Source: Pyrodictiaceae archaeon | Lineage (GTDB): Archaea; Thermoproteota; Thermoprotei_A; Sulfolobales; Pyrodictiaceae | Length of the DNA stretch: 64,000 nt | Direction: 5' to 3' | Assembly (NCBI GenBank): GCA_027036135.1 | Contig: JALVSY010000007.1 | Location: 164,880-228,879 of the forward strand | Shown: positions 29,301 to 37,510 of the stretch, piece after piece | Position numbering within the stretch: the first letter of the stretch is position 1 | Layout: each line of letters opens with the position of its first letter | Program-made: the position numbers and the translations under genes | Notes under the pieces: model-generated | Database searches by the model: none | Seen by the model: only the letters and a program-made list of their open reading frames with translations | Told to the model about the DNA's origin: nothing

Positions 29301-30638
29301 TGTCTCACCGCTCCTAAACCGGTCAAGCGCTACCTGGTTACGCGAGGTAAAGGCCTCCGCTGCTACACCGTTGTTCCTAAGGTACTCTGCTAGCTGCTCA
29401 GCGTACTCAGCACCCTTGTCAAGGGGTACATATACTAGGCCTCCGCCACCAAGCCTCTTGACAAGCTCTAGCACCTTGGCTTCCATGCCCTCGGAGCCGG
29501 GGTACGTGTAGGCATCAACAATGTTCCTTATCGTCTCCGTGGAGGCTCCCGCCTGGAACCCCATTAGGGCCTGGAACAGCCTCACCCTACTCCCACGAGG
29601 CCTCCCAGTAGCGCTACTAACTACAAGAACTGCTGCCCTGCGGCGAGTTCTCTCTATCCGCTTCTGGACCTCCTCGAGCCTCTTATAGAGCGGGGCTAGT
29701 GCCTCTTCGAAGACGCGTTGCCTCAGCCTCCTGACCTCTTCCGCTGTTACTCGTTGGCCTCGCTTGCGGAGCTTCTCCCGTAGCCTTGCTAGGCGTTGCT
29801 CGAAGAGCTTCTGTGCCCGCTGTGCCTCGTAGATTACTTGGCGCTGTAGGCGGAGTAGCTCCCAGCCAGCCTCTATGGCCTTGTCATCGAAGCCCGTGAG
29901 GCGGAGGACTGCGTCAACACTCTTACCGCTCTTGAGCACGGCGTCAACATCGTCTACGAAGAGGAATCGGAACCACTTGTTCCAGTTCTCCCTGTAGCTG
30001 AGTATCTTGTCTATGTTGCGGAGCATGAACTGGCTAGTAGTTATCAGTATATCGAAGTCCCCTGCCTCGAGCCTCTCCAGGTACTGGCGGCGAAGCTTAT
30101 GGGACAACCGGCTATGGAAAGCTATTATCCTCGCCGGTACACCCGCTGCATCAGCTATCTTGAGTGCACGCTCCTCAACCATTCTCACGAGCGGCGTTGT
30201 CGGCACAACTATGTAGCTCTTCTCCCCCTTGCTGGCAAAGTACACTGCCATCAATACGCCGAAAGTGGTCTTACCCACACCAGTCGGCGCTATTACAGCA
30301 AAGCTCTTCCCCTTCAGAACCCTCTTAACCCATGCTCTCTGCGCGCTCCAGAGCCGGCTTCCCGTGGCTTTCTCGAAGAAAGCCTCTACCTGGGCTGCCT
30401 CCCTCTCTATACGCGCATAGTAGTCCAGGGGGCTACCCTTGCGGAGCCTCCCCTGCTTACGCAGAACCTCGGCCACGTCAAGGACCGATTCGGCTGCGAC
30501 TTCTTCCTCGAGGCAGCGGGGACAGGGGAGCCCGCGGTGAAGCCTGTCATCGCCCGCGGGCCCGCCGCAGTTAGGGCATGAGTAGAAGTAGACTCCTCGA
30601 GCTAGCTCGCTGCTCGCCGTTTTACTGGCTTGAGCCAA
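26379..30638 (-). CDS. rgy: Reverse gyrase
   Basis: N-terminal CPNCG..CPRC zinc finger, APTGVGKTT, DDVD, QASGRTSR, VESPNKA, DPDTEGE, SAGRVQ, ITYHRTD, GIGRPSTY. Confidence 0.97.
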   Translation of the reverse strand: MAQASKTASSELARGVYFYSCPNCGGPAGDDRLHRGLPCPRCLEEEVAAESVLDVAEVLRKQGRLRKGSPLDYYARIEREAAQVEAFFEKATGSRLWSAQRAWVKRVLKGKSFAVIAPTGVGKTTFGVLMAVYFASKGEKSYIVVPTTPLVRMVEERALKIADAAGVPARIIAFHSRLSHKLRRQYLERLEAGDFDILITTSQFMLRNIDKILSYRENWNKWFRFLFVDDVDAVLKSGKSVDAVLRLTGFDDKAIEAGWELLRLQRQVIYEAQRAQKLFEQRLARLREKLRKRGQRVTAEEVRRLRQRVFEEALAPLYKRLEEVQKRIERTRRRAAVLVVSSATGRPRGSRVRLFQALMGFQAGASTETIRNIVDAYTYPGSEGMEAKVLELVKRLGGGGLVYVPLDKGAEYAEQLAEYLRNNGVAAEAFTSRNQVALDRFRSGETEILVGVAIYYGVAVRGLDLPERIRYAVFAGVPRLKFSARFEEPHPVSILRALSVLVEHGPRDVQERAQFLLARLRNIVRKISQAALMKIAEELRSGQIITNYAKEFQQALEWMRETLRREDVWEALEQAEDIAVVRAEGKAYILVPDVATYIQASGRTSRLFAGGITKGLSVVIADDQRLLNGLMKRTRWLIEAEWHRFEELDLAKILREIDEDRRRVRDILEGRIKPEFMELVKTALLIVESPNKARTIANFFGKPSSRQIGPLRVYEVSTGDYVLLIAASGGHVYDLVKPATPSERIEPTWLLDVLENSVKGYEWRTARNIHGVLVAPKGERRYLPVYAPLARCLACGHQWVVDPTKYNPVTSEGELRCPVCGSPLVKNSWDIVEALRDIASEVDVVMIGTDPDTEGEKIGWDLASLVRPAAKSIVRVEFHEITRKAILEAIHNARPFYERLVEAQIVRRVEDRWIGFTLSPVLWTKFWPWFCEWGILAKHRHAVRKLKNSMAMMNALERLAHMREECRRPNYNLSAGRVQTPVLGWIVEHTLGNIYLRIPLFRVRLRPVTGEGELVLELRGDEISERLRRELEESKKLLDQVLRDYNALERLEELNERRRAKRKAIIEVTKALKEQGGIRATVTKLEEYEEELKPLPPFTTDALLAEAASRLGIPAPEAMRLAQDLFELGLITYHRTDSTRISDAGIAVAREYLRYRYGDEALEKLFYPRHWGTGGAHEAIRPTRPIDTETLRRLVEEGALQLARPLSNRHYRLYDLIFRRFIASQMKPARVRKQRAEVLVEARVPGEEPKKLVKEMEKVVEIVDKAWLDIYPVLRPEKPLVKAEYEPAGLRAIVWSPVQLLSQADVVRLMKERGIGRPSTYAKIIETLMKRGYVVSSGRASKMVATKRGIGVYNFLMRRFPSLVSEEVTRKLQETMDKIEEGTVDYQQVLDHVLAELARALTSPESGLTREEAHQLLPL

Positions 30639-30750
30639 GGCCTATGCCAGTCCCCCGAGTCACGGGTATAGAGAAGCTAGTACAGCGTTCCGGTTAAAGG
30701 ATTAGGGCTGGCCAAGGCACCCCCTAGATAAGCTTTGATGAAACACTATA

Positions 30751-30767
30751 TGATAACCAGATTATAA
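30751..30767. promoter_or_regulatory. Imperfect palindrome upstream of thi4-thiC, candidate repressor site
   Basis: TGATAACC-A-GATTATAA, next to AT-rich promoter elements. Confidence 0.3.
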
Positions 30768-30826
30768 TTCTAAAGATAACCCTTATACAGAGCTGGGGTA
30801 ACATAGACATCTGGAGGACACGCGTA

Positions 30827-31663
30827 ATGCATGCCTCTCAGTGGTACCCGGGCTACATCGAGAAGTACCGAGAAGCAGAGCTAGCAAGGGAGCTGCTGAG
30901 AGCAGCGCTAAGAAAGCTAGAAGAATTGCTTGACAACGACGTAGTCATCGTAGGGGCCGGGCCTGCTGGCCTAACACTCTCATGGCTCCTCGCAAGTAAG
31001 GGGCTCCGAGTAACAGTTGTGGAGCAAACACTCGGCTTAGGAGGAGGAATGCGTGGAGGAGCCGCCCTCCTACCAGCCGGGCTAGTAGAGGAGGGAGAGG
31101 CTGCAAACCTGCTCAGAGAGGCTGGCGTGGAGCTGAGGGAGACAAGGCTTCGTGGAATCTATGCTATTGACCCCGTGGAGGCTGCTACGAAGCTAGCAGC
31201 TAGAGCGATTAGTGCTGGTGCGAGATTCCTCGTGGGTATCTACGTCGAGGACTTGATCATCCGGGGACATGGTGCAAGGAGACAAGTGGATGGCGTAGTC
31301 GTTAATCTCCGCCCCGTGGTTGAGGCTGGATGGCACGTCGATCCCTGGTTCATAGAGGCGCGAGCAACTGTTGACGCGACCGGGCATGATGCTTGGCTCG
31401 TGAAGCTCCTTGAGAAGAGAGTTCCCGGCTCCGTGAAGCCCAAGGGTATGAGTAGCCTTGATGTATGGCGTGGTGAGAGGCTCGTCGTTGAGAAGACAGG
31501 GGAGGTATTTCCCGGGCTCTACCTCGCTGGGATGAGCGTTGCCGAGACCCATAACCTGCCGCGAGTGGGGCCCGTTTTTGGCGGGATGATTGCCTCGGCT
31601 ATCCGTCTCGCAGAGATTCTCGAGAAGAGACTCATGGACAGGGAGGCGGAGATCCATGGCTAA
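30827..31663 (+). CDS. thi4: Thiazole synthase Thi4, His-type (sulfide-dependent)
   Basis: DVVIVGAGPAG, GWHVDP (His at the site of the suicide Cys), DATGHD, GMS...PRVGPVFGGM. Confidence 0.9.
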   Translation: MHASQWYPGYIEKYREAELARELLRAALRKLEELLDNDVVIVGAGPAGLTLSWLLASKGLRVTVVEQTLGLGGGMRGGAALLPAGLVEEGEAANLLREAGVELRETRLRGIYAIDPVEAATKLAARAISAGARFLVGIYVEDLIIRGHGARRQVDGVVVNLRPVVEAGWHVDPWFIEARATVDATGHDAWLVKLLEKRVPGSVKPKGMSSLDVWRGERLVVEKTGEVFPGLYLAGMSVAETHNLPRVGPVFGGMIASAIRLAEILEKRLMDREAEIHG

Positions 31664-33008
31664 GACTGTTGTCCTTGCTGCTCGGAGCGGCTCGGTTACC
31701 GACGAGATGAGGGAGGTTGCTCGGGTAGAGAGGGTGAGTCCGGAGAAGCTTAGGGACCGCATAGCATCTGGGAGAGTTGTGCTGCTTAGGAATACTAGGC
31801 GCAGCAGTGTCAGGGTAGCTGCTGTGGGTGAGGGGCTTAGTACCAAGGTCAACGTGAACATAGGCACGAGTGGGACCGTGGTGGATCTTGAGATGGAGCG
31901 GGAGAAGGCCCGTATAGCTGTGAGGTATGGCGCGGATAGCGTCATGGATCTGAGCATTGGAGGGCCACTGGACGAGATAAGACGCGTGCTGATGAAGGAG
32001 GCTGAGCCACTGCCTCTGGGCACGGTGCCTACCTACCAGGCCTGGGTAGAGGGCGTTAGGAAGTACAATGGTGTCTCTATGCCGGGTGACTGGTTCATAA
32101 AGGTTGTTGAGAGGCATCTACGTGACGGAGTAGACTTCATGACAATACATGCTGCTCTTAGCAAGGAGCTCGTGGAAAAGGTTGTGAGGAGCAAACGCGT
32201 GATGCCCATCATTAGTCGTGGAGGGGCTCTCTTAGCGGCGTGGATGCTTGAGAACAGGGAGGAGAACCCGTATAGGCAGCACTGGGACTACTTGCTCGAG
32301 TTATTCGCCGAGCACGACGCCGTTATCAGTATTGGTGACGCGCTTCGCCCAGGCACTATAGCTGATCAGCACGACGAGTTCCAGGTAGCAGAGCTAGTAG
32401 AGGCCGCTAGGCTGGTAAAGAGCGCGCGGGAACACGGCGTCCAGGTAATAGTTGAGGGGCCTGGCCACATGACCCTAGACCAGGTAGTGGCCGATGTGCG
32501 GCTAATGAAGAGTCTGACCAATGGTGCACCATATTATGTCCTTGGGCCACTCGTAACGGATACCGCGATGGGCTATGACCACATAGCAGCAGCGATAGGC
32601 GGTGCGCTAGCAGCAGCTGCTGGAGCAGATTTCCTATGCTACCTGACACCAGCTGAGCACCTAAGCCTACCGAGCCCGGAGCAGGTAAAGGAGGGACTCA
32701 TAGCGGCTAAGATAGCTGCGCACGCAGCTGACCTAGTGAAGCTAGGCCCGCGAGCAGCCAGGAGGGACATAGAGCTAAGCCTACTAAGGGCAAAGCTGCG
32801 ATGGAACGAGATGTTCAGGTACGCACCTGACCCAGAGAAGGCTAAGAAGATATACACCCAGTTCGGTACAGGCACCGAGGCCTGCAATATGTGTGGACAG
32901 TACTGCGCCTGCCTAATACTATCAAAGTATACACGTAGTAGGAGAGAACCCAGCACCGAGGAACTATTGGAGCGCTTCACGCGGAGCCACAATAACGCTT
33001 TTCCGTAG
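31656..33008 (+). CDS. thiC: Phosphomethylpyrimidine synthase
   Basis: TKVNVNIGTS, VMDLS, DFMTIH, SRGG, GDALRPG, EGPGH, CYLTPAEH, CNMCGQYC. Confidence 0.95.
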   Translation: MAKTVVLAARSGSVTDEMREVARVERVSPEKLRDRIASGRVVLLRNTRRSSVRVAAVGEGLSTKVNVNIGTSGTVVDLEMEREKARIAVRYGADSVMDLSIGGPLDEIRRVLMKEAEPLPLGTVPTYQAWVEGVRKYNGVSMPGDWFIKVVERHLRDGVDFMTIHAALSKELVEKVVRSKRVMPIISRGGALLAAWMLENREENPYRQHWDYLLELFAEHDAVISIGDALRPGTIADQHDEFQVAELVEAARLVKSAREHGVQVIVEGPGHMTLDQVVADVRLMKSLTNGAPYYVLGPLVTDTAMGYDHIAAAIGGALAAAAGADFLCYLTPAEHLSLPSPEQVKEGLIAAKIAAHAADLVKLGPRAARRDIELSLLRAKLRWNEMFRYAPDPEKAKKIYTQFGTGTEACNMCGQYCACLILSKYTRSRREPSTEELLERFTRSHNNAFP

Positions 33009-33052
33009 TCCCCCTTCCCAGCTCATTGCGTGGCAGCGTATAGGTACAAGTC

Positions 33053-33439
33053 CTATCTACATGAGTAAGGTGGAACCCCATACCTCTTGGCAAGCCGTGC
33101 TAACTCCTTGTCAAACGTCACTAAGGGGGCACCAAGCCTCATGGCCACGTGGAGGATTAGGAGATCCTCATAGCGCCTCGGGTCACGGATAGCGAACCAG
33201 GCATCATCCCTTGTCACCGATTCATATATGAACCTAGGTTCGCCGAGAACGTAGGCAGTTATTGCCTGTGCTCGTGCAGCTCCATGACTCCTCCGGGTAC
33301 TCCACACAAGCTCGTGGACAACTATAGACGGTACAATAACCGCGTCCATGCACTCTACGAGCCGCCGCGCCTCCTCGTGGCCCGGCTCATCCTCGAGTAG
33401 CAAAGCCCTCATGAAACTCGTGTCAACAACTACTGGCAA
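33053..33439 (-). CDS. Orphan PIN-domain (VapC-like) protein
   Basis: VVVDTS, VVHEL, YEDLL, LVTFDKEL. Confidence 0.8.
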   Translation of the reverse strand: MPVVVDTSFMRALLLEDEPGHEEARRLVECMDAVIVPSIVVHELVWSTRRSHGAARAQAITAYVLGEPRFIYESVTRDDAWFAIRDPRRYEDLLILHVAMRLGAPLVTFDKELARLAKRYGVPPYSCR

Positions 33440-33467
33440 GAGGTCTAGGCGCCTCCCCCCTCTGGGG

Positions 33468-34292
33468 CTATTTCTTGGAAACCCTTAGGGGTGGGACATC
33501 CTTTACGTGTAGATCCAGCTGCGGGAACGGTATCTCTATCCCAGCCCTATCCAACTCCTCCTTGAGCCGTGTTTGTAGCTCTACCTTTGTCCGGAACCAT
33601 ACTGGTGGAGGTGCCCAGCACCGCATAGTGAAGACTATCGCTGAGTCCCCGTAGTCCTGGACGAAGACCTCGGGCGCGGGGTTTACTAGGCAGAATGGAT
33701 GCTCATCCATGAGTCTGCGAAGCACTTCTAGCGCCTTCCCTATGTCCGTATCGTAGCTTAGCCCTATCCTTATCTCTACGCGGCGTGCGCGCGTACGATA
33801 ATAATTAGTTATGATGCTTGTGAATACCTTGGAGTTAGGTATACGGACTATTGTCCCGTCCCATGTACGGACCTTGGTGGAGAACACGTTTATGTCAGAG
33901 ACTATCCCTTCAACTCCCTCAAGCGAGACAGGGTCACCTATTCTCAGAGGCTGCTCCATGAGGAGAAACATGCCACTTATTAAGTTAGATACTGCCTGTT
34001 GAGACGCGAAACCAATCACTATACCAGCTATACCGCCAGCGACTATTAGTCCTGACAAGTTTATTCCGAGAGGATAAAGAGCGGCAACACCGCCAGCAAA
34101 TACTATGCTGTAGAACACGATGTTCTCTATAGGCTTGTACATATATTCGGGTAGCCTACCCTTCAAGCTTCTACGCATGAGGCGCCGAATGAGGAGGGCG
34201 AAGAGGATACTTGCCACAAGTACAGCTATGGCAAGAGCTATTGATGTAAGCCTTGTCTTAATCCCCTTGATAACCGCCTCGTTTATCCTCAA
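33468..34292 (-). CDS. mscS: Small-conductance mechanosensitive channel
   Basis: GIVIGFASQQAVSNLISG, PLRIGD, IPNS, GIEIPFPQ. Confidence 0.9.
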   Translation of the reverse strand: MRINEAVIKGIKTRLTSIALAIAVLVASILFALLIRRLMRRSLKGRLPEYMYKPIENIVFYSIVFAGGVAALYPLGINLSGLIVAGGIAGIVIGFASQQAVSNLISGMFLLMEQPLRIGDPVSLEGVEGIVSDINVFSTKVRTWDGTIVRIPNSKVFTSIITNYYRTRARRVEIRIGLSYDTDIGKALEVLRRLMDEHPFCLVNPAPEVFVQDYGDSAIVFTMRCWAPPPVWFRTKVELQTRLKEELDRAGIEIPFPQLDLHVKDVPPLRVSKK

Positions 34293-34300
34293 CGCTTAGC

Positions 34301-35017
34301 TCACCCAGTCGATATAGGGGTTATGAATGCTGGCAGAGCCACAGCCAATCTCAGCTTCCTGAAATGCCCCCAAGCCTCTACGAGCCCCTCACGTGGTGGG
34401 CTATCGCTCAGCCTAGCAGTAATATGATGGGGCTCTCTCTTAGCAATAAGCACGGGATAATAGACCTGGTTTTTCTCGTCGAGATAGAAGCGGGCAAGAG
34501 CCACATTGAATCCTACACCCGGTACTACTCCCTTGACACCGCCAATATCTATACGTATAATGGCTAAGCCTCGCGGCTCTAGCTCGTCTAAACGCATCAC
34601 CGTCCTTGTTGGATGATAACGACATACTGTTCCATCAACTATGCTACCGACAAGCGTGTACTTTACGCGGAAGGGCGACACATAGCCAAGGACTGTTTCA
34701 TCGACATGTATTACTAGCTCGTAGGGAGCTAGGGCCCAAATACTAATAGTCCTTTCACCGATGACTATGGGTTCACTGAACTCGAGATAGATGCAGCCTG
34801 AGAGCATCTGGGGCCTGTGAATAGGTGGTACCGGATCCACATAGACCACGTCATTGTCTACTAAGCGAGACTTGCCACAGCCATAAGGGTCGCAGTACTC
34901 TATGAGCCCGGAGCCACTATACTCTATACTCGCAAGCCCATACCTAAGCGACTCGCCGCGCCTAAGCATAGCGAAGTGTTGCTCCATAACAGCCGAACCC
35001 TGCTCTTCTCTAGACAT
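34301..35017 (-). CDS. DUF432-like protein (commonly adjacent to archaeal mscS)
   Basis: DPVPP, KYTLVG...GTVCRY, position upstream of mscS. Confidence 0.65.
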   Translation of the reverse strand: MSREEQGSAVMEQHFAMLRRGESLRYGLASIEYSGSGLIEYCDPYGCGKSRLVDNDVVYVDPVPPIHRPQMLSGCIYLEFSEPIVIGERTISIWALAPYELVIHVDETVLGYVSPFRVKYTLVGSIVDGTVCRYHPTRTVMRLDELEPRGLAIIRIDIGGVKGVVPGVGFNVALARFYLDEKNQVYYPVLIAKREPHHITARLSDSPPREGLVEAWGHFRKLRLAVALPAFITPISTG

Positions 35018-35190
35018 GTATAAGCCTATGCGCCGTGCCCTAGCCGCTTCTTTGCACGGACACCACTAAGTAAAAAGACTTAGTGATATACGCCTAAGAG
35101 GAAGCAGTGCAAGAGGACGGAGCACTGGAAACTCAAGGAGATCGGGCGGAGCAAAAAACAATTAAGAGAATGTGCCGTATTGTAGAAAAA

Positions 35191-37335
35191 CTAGCTACTT
35201 AGGGACACTATAGAGGTTATTATCATCTCTATTATCGCTATTACCCTTTCTAGGAACATTCTTATCTTCATAGCTATCCAGTCGCTCGGCACTATGCTGC
35301 TTAGCACCTGCTTTGTTGTGTTAAGGGCGTTCTCGAGATATGTCTTTGCAACTGATATGTTTCCGCTTGCAAGGCTCTTCTCAGCCTCCTTGAGCATCTC
35401 CTCAACGCTTTCTAGCTGCTTTATCATTGTCTGATTCCCTTCTAGTTTTGCCAGCTTGGTTACTGCGCTTACTAGGCGCTCAACAACGATAACGCCTCTA
35501 GCTAGGTGCTTGGCCTCTTTCTTACCGAACTTCTGGACTGGTGCTTGTCCTAGTGAGACGAGTATCTTCTTGACAATGGACTCGGCTCTATCTACTAAGT
35601 GTAGTAGTATGTCTATTTTTCTGAACTCTATACTGTTTCTTATACTTTTCAATAGATTGCTTGATCCAGTGGCTGTGCTCGTATTGTTGCTTGATCTATA
35701 GCCTCCTCTCTCCGCTAGCCCGACCCTGGTATCTCTATGGCGCCTGCCCTTCATTTTCGGTGTTGTTGTCTCAGTGTGCGACGGCGTGCTTGTTGATGTC
35801 TCCGTGTGTACCGGCGTTGTGGTTGCTGTGTGACTCGATGCTCTTGTGCTAGTATGCGTAGTCGTGTTGGTCCTTGTGCTGGTTATTGTGGTGTTGCTCA
35901 TTGTCTGGCTCTGGGTTCTGGTACTGCTCGGGTGCTGTGCTTGCTGGCCTTGGAGCTGCTCTCTGTATTGTTTTAGCGCCTCTTTGAACTCCTCGAGCGC
36001 TGTGAGCGCCACATTAGCTGCTTTGACTACCTCCTCTTGGCTCGCCTCGCCGGCTCTGTACTCCTCTAAGATGCTTACTAGTTTTGTTAGGTTTCCTAAG
36101 GCATGGTTGTACTGTGTTGATAGGTTGCTTGGCACGAGGTTCTTTGCCGCTCTTAGCTCTAGTGCCACCAGTTTTAGTGCTAGTATCTCTCTATCGATGC
36201 TCTTTATCGGCATAATTGGTATCGGTATTATGTGGAACTTCTTGAATATCGGTGCTATTAGTCTAGGCATCATGTGCCTTATCTTTATTATCTCTATGAT
36301 GTCGCCGAGGCCATGTAGTCTTGGTAGCTCGGTCTTAGTCTTGTTAATTACTTGCTCATAGTGCTCAAGTATCTGCTTAAGTATAGCTACTTCTCTCTCT
36401 AGTATCTGTGCAGCTCTTACCCTGCCTTCTTGTCTTAGCTTCTTAGCCTCCTCGGTTAGGTTGTCTATCTTTTTCTCAAACATCTCCATCATTCTATGTA
36501 GTGTCTGCATAGCCTTGCAGGCATGAGGCTCTGCTATAGCTATTCTCGCTTGAGTAATTAGGCTTGAAGCATTCTTTACAAATTCCCTCACTCTCGTCTC
36601 TAGAGCCTTAGTCTCGTTAAGTGCTTGGCTGAGGCTCATGTTGCCTACTAGGATTGCTTGTCTCAACACCAGGGTCTCATTGAGCAGCTGCTTGTCTAGT
36701 GTTATGGTCTTGTTAACCTCTGTTATCATTTCCCCTAGCTTCTTAGTGGCATTGTCGCATGCCACTCCGCTTCTCTCTGCCCAGTGCAGTGAGGCCTCTA
36801 GGTGATGCAGTGTGAATATGAGTGAGGCCATAACGGCTCTCTCTAGGGCAGCGAGCTTATTGATCCTGGCCAATAGCTTAGTTGCTGTGACGTTAATGCG
36901 AGCTACGTGGCTCGCATAGAGCTTAGCAGCCTCTGCTACCAGTAGCCCGAGTTCCTTGAAGAGCTTGGCTGCCTCTTGGCGCGCTTCATCGGGCTTGCCT
37001 TGCTTAACTAGGTTCTCTATCTCCGGTATAGTATTGTTTATCTCCTGGAGCTTTGTCCATAGGCTAGAGTTGCTAGGCACACCCCACATCTTGAAGAGCG
37101 CTGCAACATTTTCTACACTCATATTTAGAGCTATTACTATGCCGTATCCAGCGTTAGTATTTGTAATATTACTAGTAACGGTTACATTTGCTGAGGCACT
37201 AGCTTCTCCCTGTTGTGCTTTAGCTAGCTGGGCTAGTGGACCTATACTGGCTAGTAACATTACACCTACTACTAATAGGGCTGCTAGGGTCCTGGGCCCT
37301 ATTCCTCTCATGGATCGGGTCACCTTTTGGCTCAC
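35191..37335 (-). CDS. Large secreted alpha-helical protein with Thr/Ser-rich linker and many N-glycosylation sequons
   Basis: Signal peptide (LAALLVVGVMLLAS...AKA|QQ), about 20 NxS/T sites, repeated helical hairpins, TTTHTST low-complexity tract. Confidence 0.75.
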   Translation of the reverse strand: MSQKVTRSMRGIGPRTLAALLVVGVMLLASIGPLAQLAKAQQGEASASANVTVTSNITNTNAGYGIVIALNMSVENVAALFKMWGVPSNSSLWTKLQEINNTIPEIENLVKQGKPDEARQEAAKLFKELGLLVAEAAKLYASHVARINVTATKLLARINKLAALERAVMASLIFTLHHLEASLHWAERSGVACDNATKKLGEMITEVNKTITLDKQLLNETLVLRQAILVGNMSLSQALNETKALETRVREFVKNASSLITQARIAIAEPHACKAMQTLHRMMEMFEKKIDNLTEEAKKLRQEGRVRAAQILEREVAILKQILEHYEQVINKTKTELPRLHGLGDIIEIIKIRHMMPRLIAPIFKKFHIIPIPIMPIKSIDREILALKLVALELRAAKNLVPSNLSTQYNHALGNLTKLVSILEEYRAGEASQEEVVKAANVALTALEEFKEALKQYREQLQGQQAQHPSSTRTQSQTMSNTTITSTRTNTTTHTSTRASSHTATTTPVHTETSTSTPSHTETTTPKMKGRRHRDTRVGLAERGGYRSSNNTSTATGSSNLLKSIRNSIEFRKIDILLHLVDRAESIVKKILVSLGQAPVQKFGKKEAKHLARGVIVVERLVSAVTKLAKLEGNQTMIKQLESVEEMLKEAEKSLASGNISVAKTYLENALNTTKQVLSSIVPSDWIAMKIRMFLERVIAIIEMIITSIVSLSS

Positions 37336-37401
37336 CTCTGCTCCCCAAGGGGTTGGTTGGTTGTTTCTTTCCTTTTGAGCCCCGCGTATCGCCTAGTCCT
37401 T

Positions 37402-37430
37402 GGAACGGTGTCGGAACGGTCGCGGAACGG
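37402..37430. repeat. Three GGAACGG direct repeats with an 11-bp period
   Basis: Copies at 37402, 37413 and 37424 in the divergent promoter region. Confidence 0.7.
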
Positions 37431-37510
37431 GGGCTCGGGCTATGTTGCAGAGTAATTGTAAATTGAGTCCCCCAGATGCATCATTGTTAGGGATATGGGG
37501 GATTCCCCTT

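Noticed and set aside
26379-30638. Intein as the explanation for reverse gyrase length
   Set aside because: No intein N-terminal or HN C-terminal splice motifs and no LAGLIDADG blocks.
31193-32023. Long antisense ORFs (also 45985-46707, 35846-36361, 25599-26114 and many shorter ones)
   Set aside because: They are Ser-rich shadow frames opposite well-supported genes.
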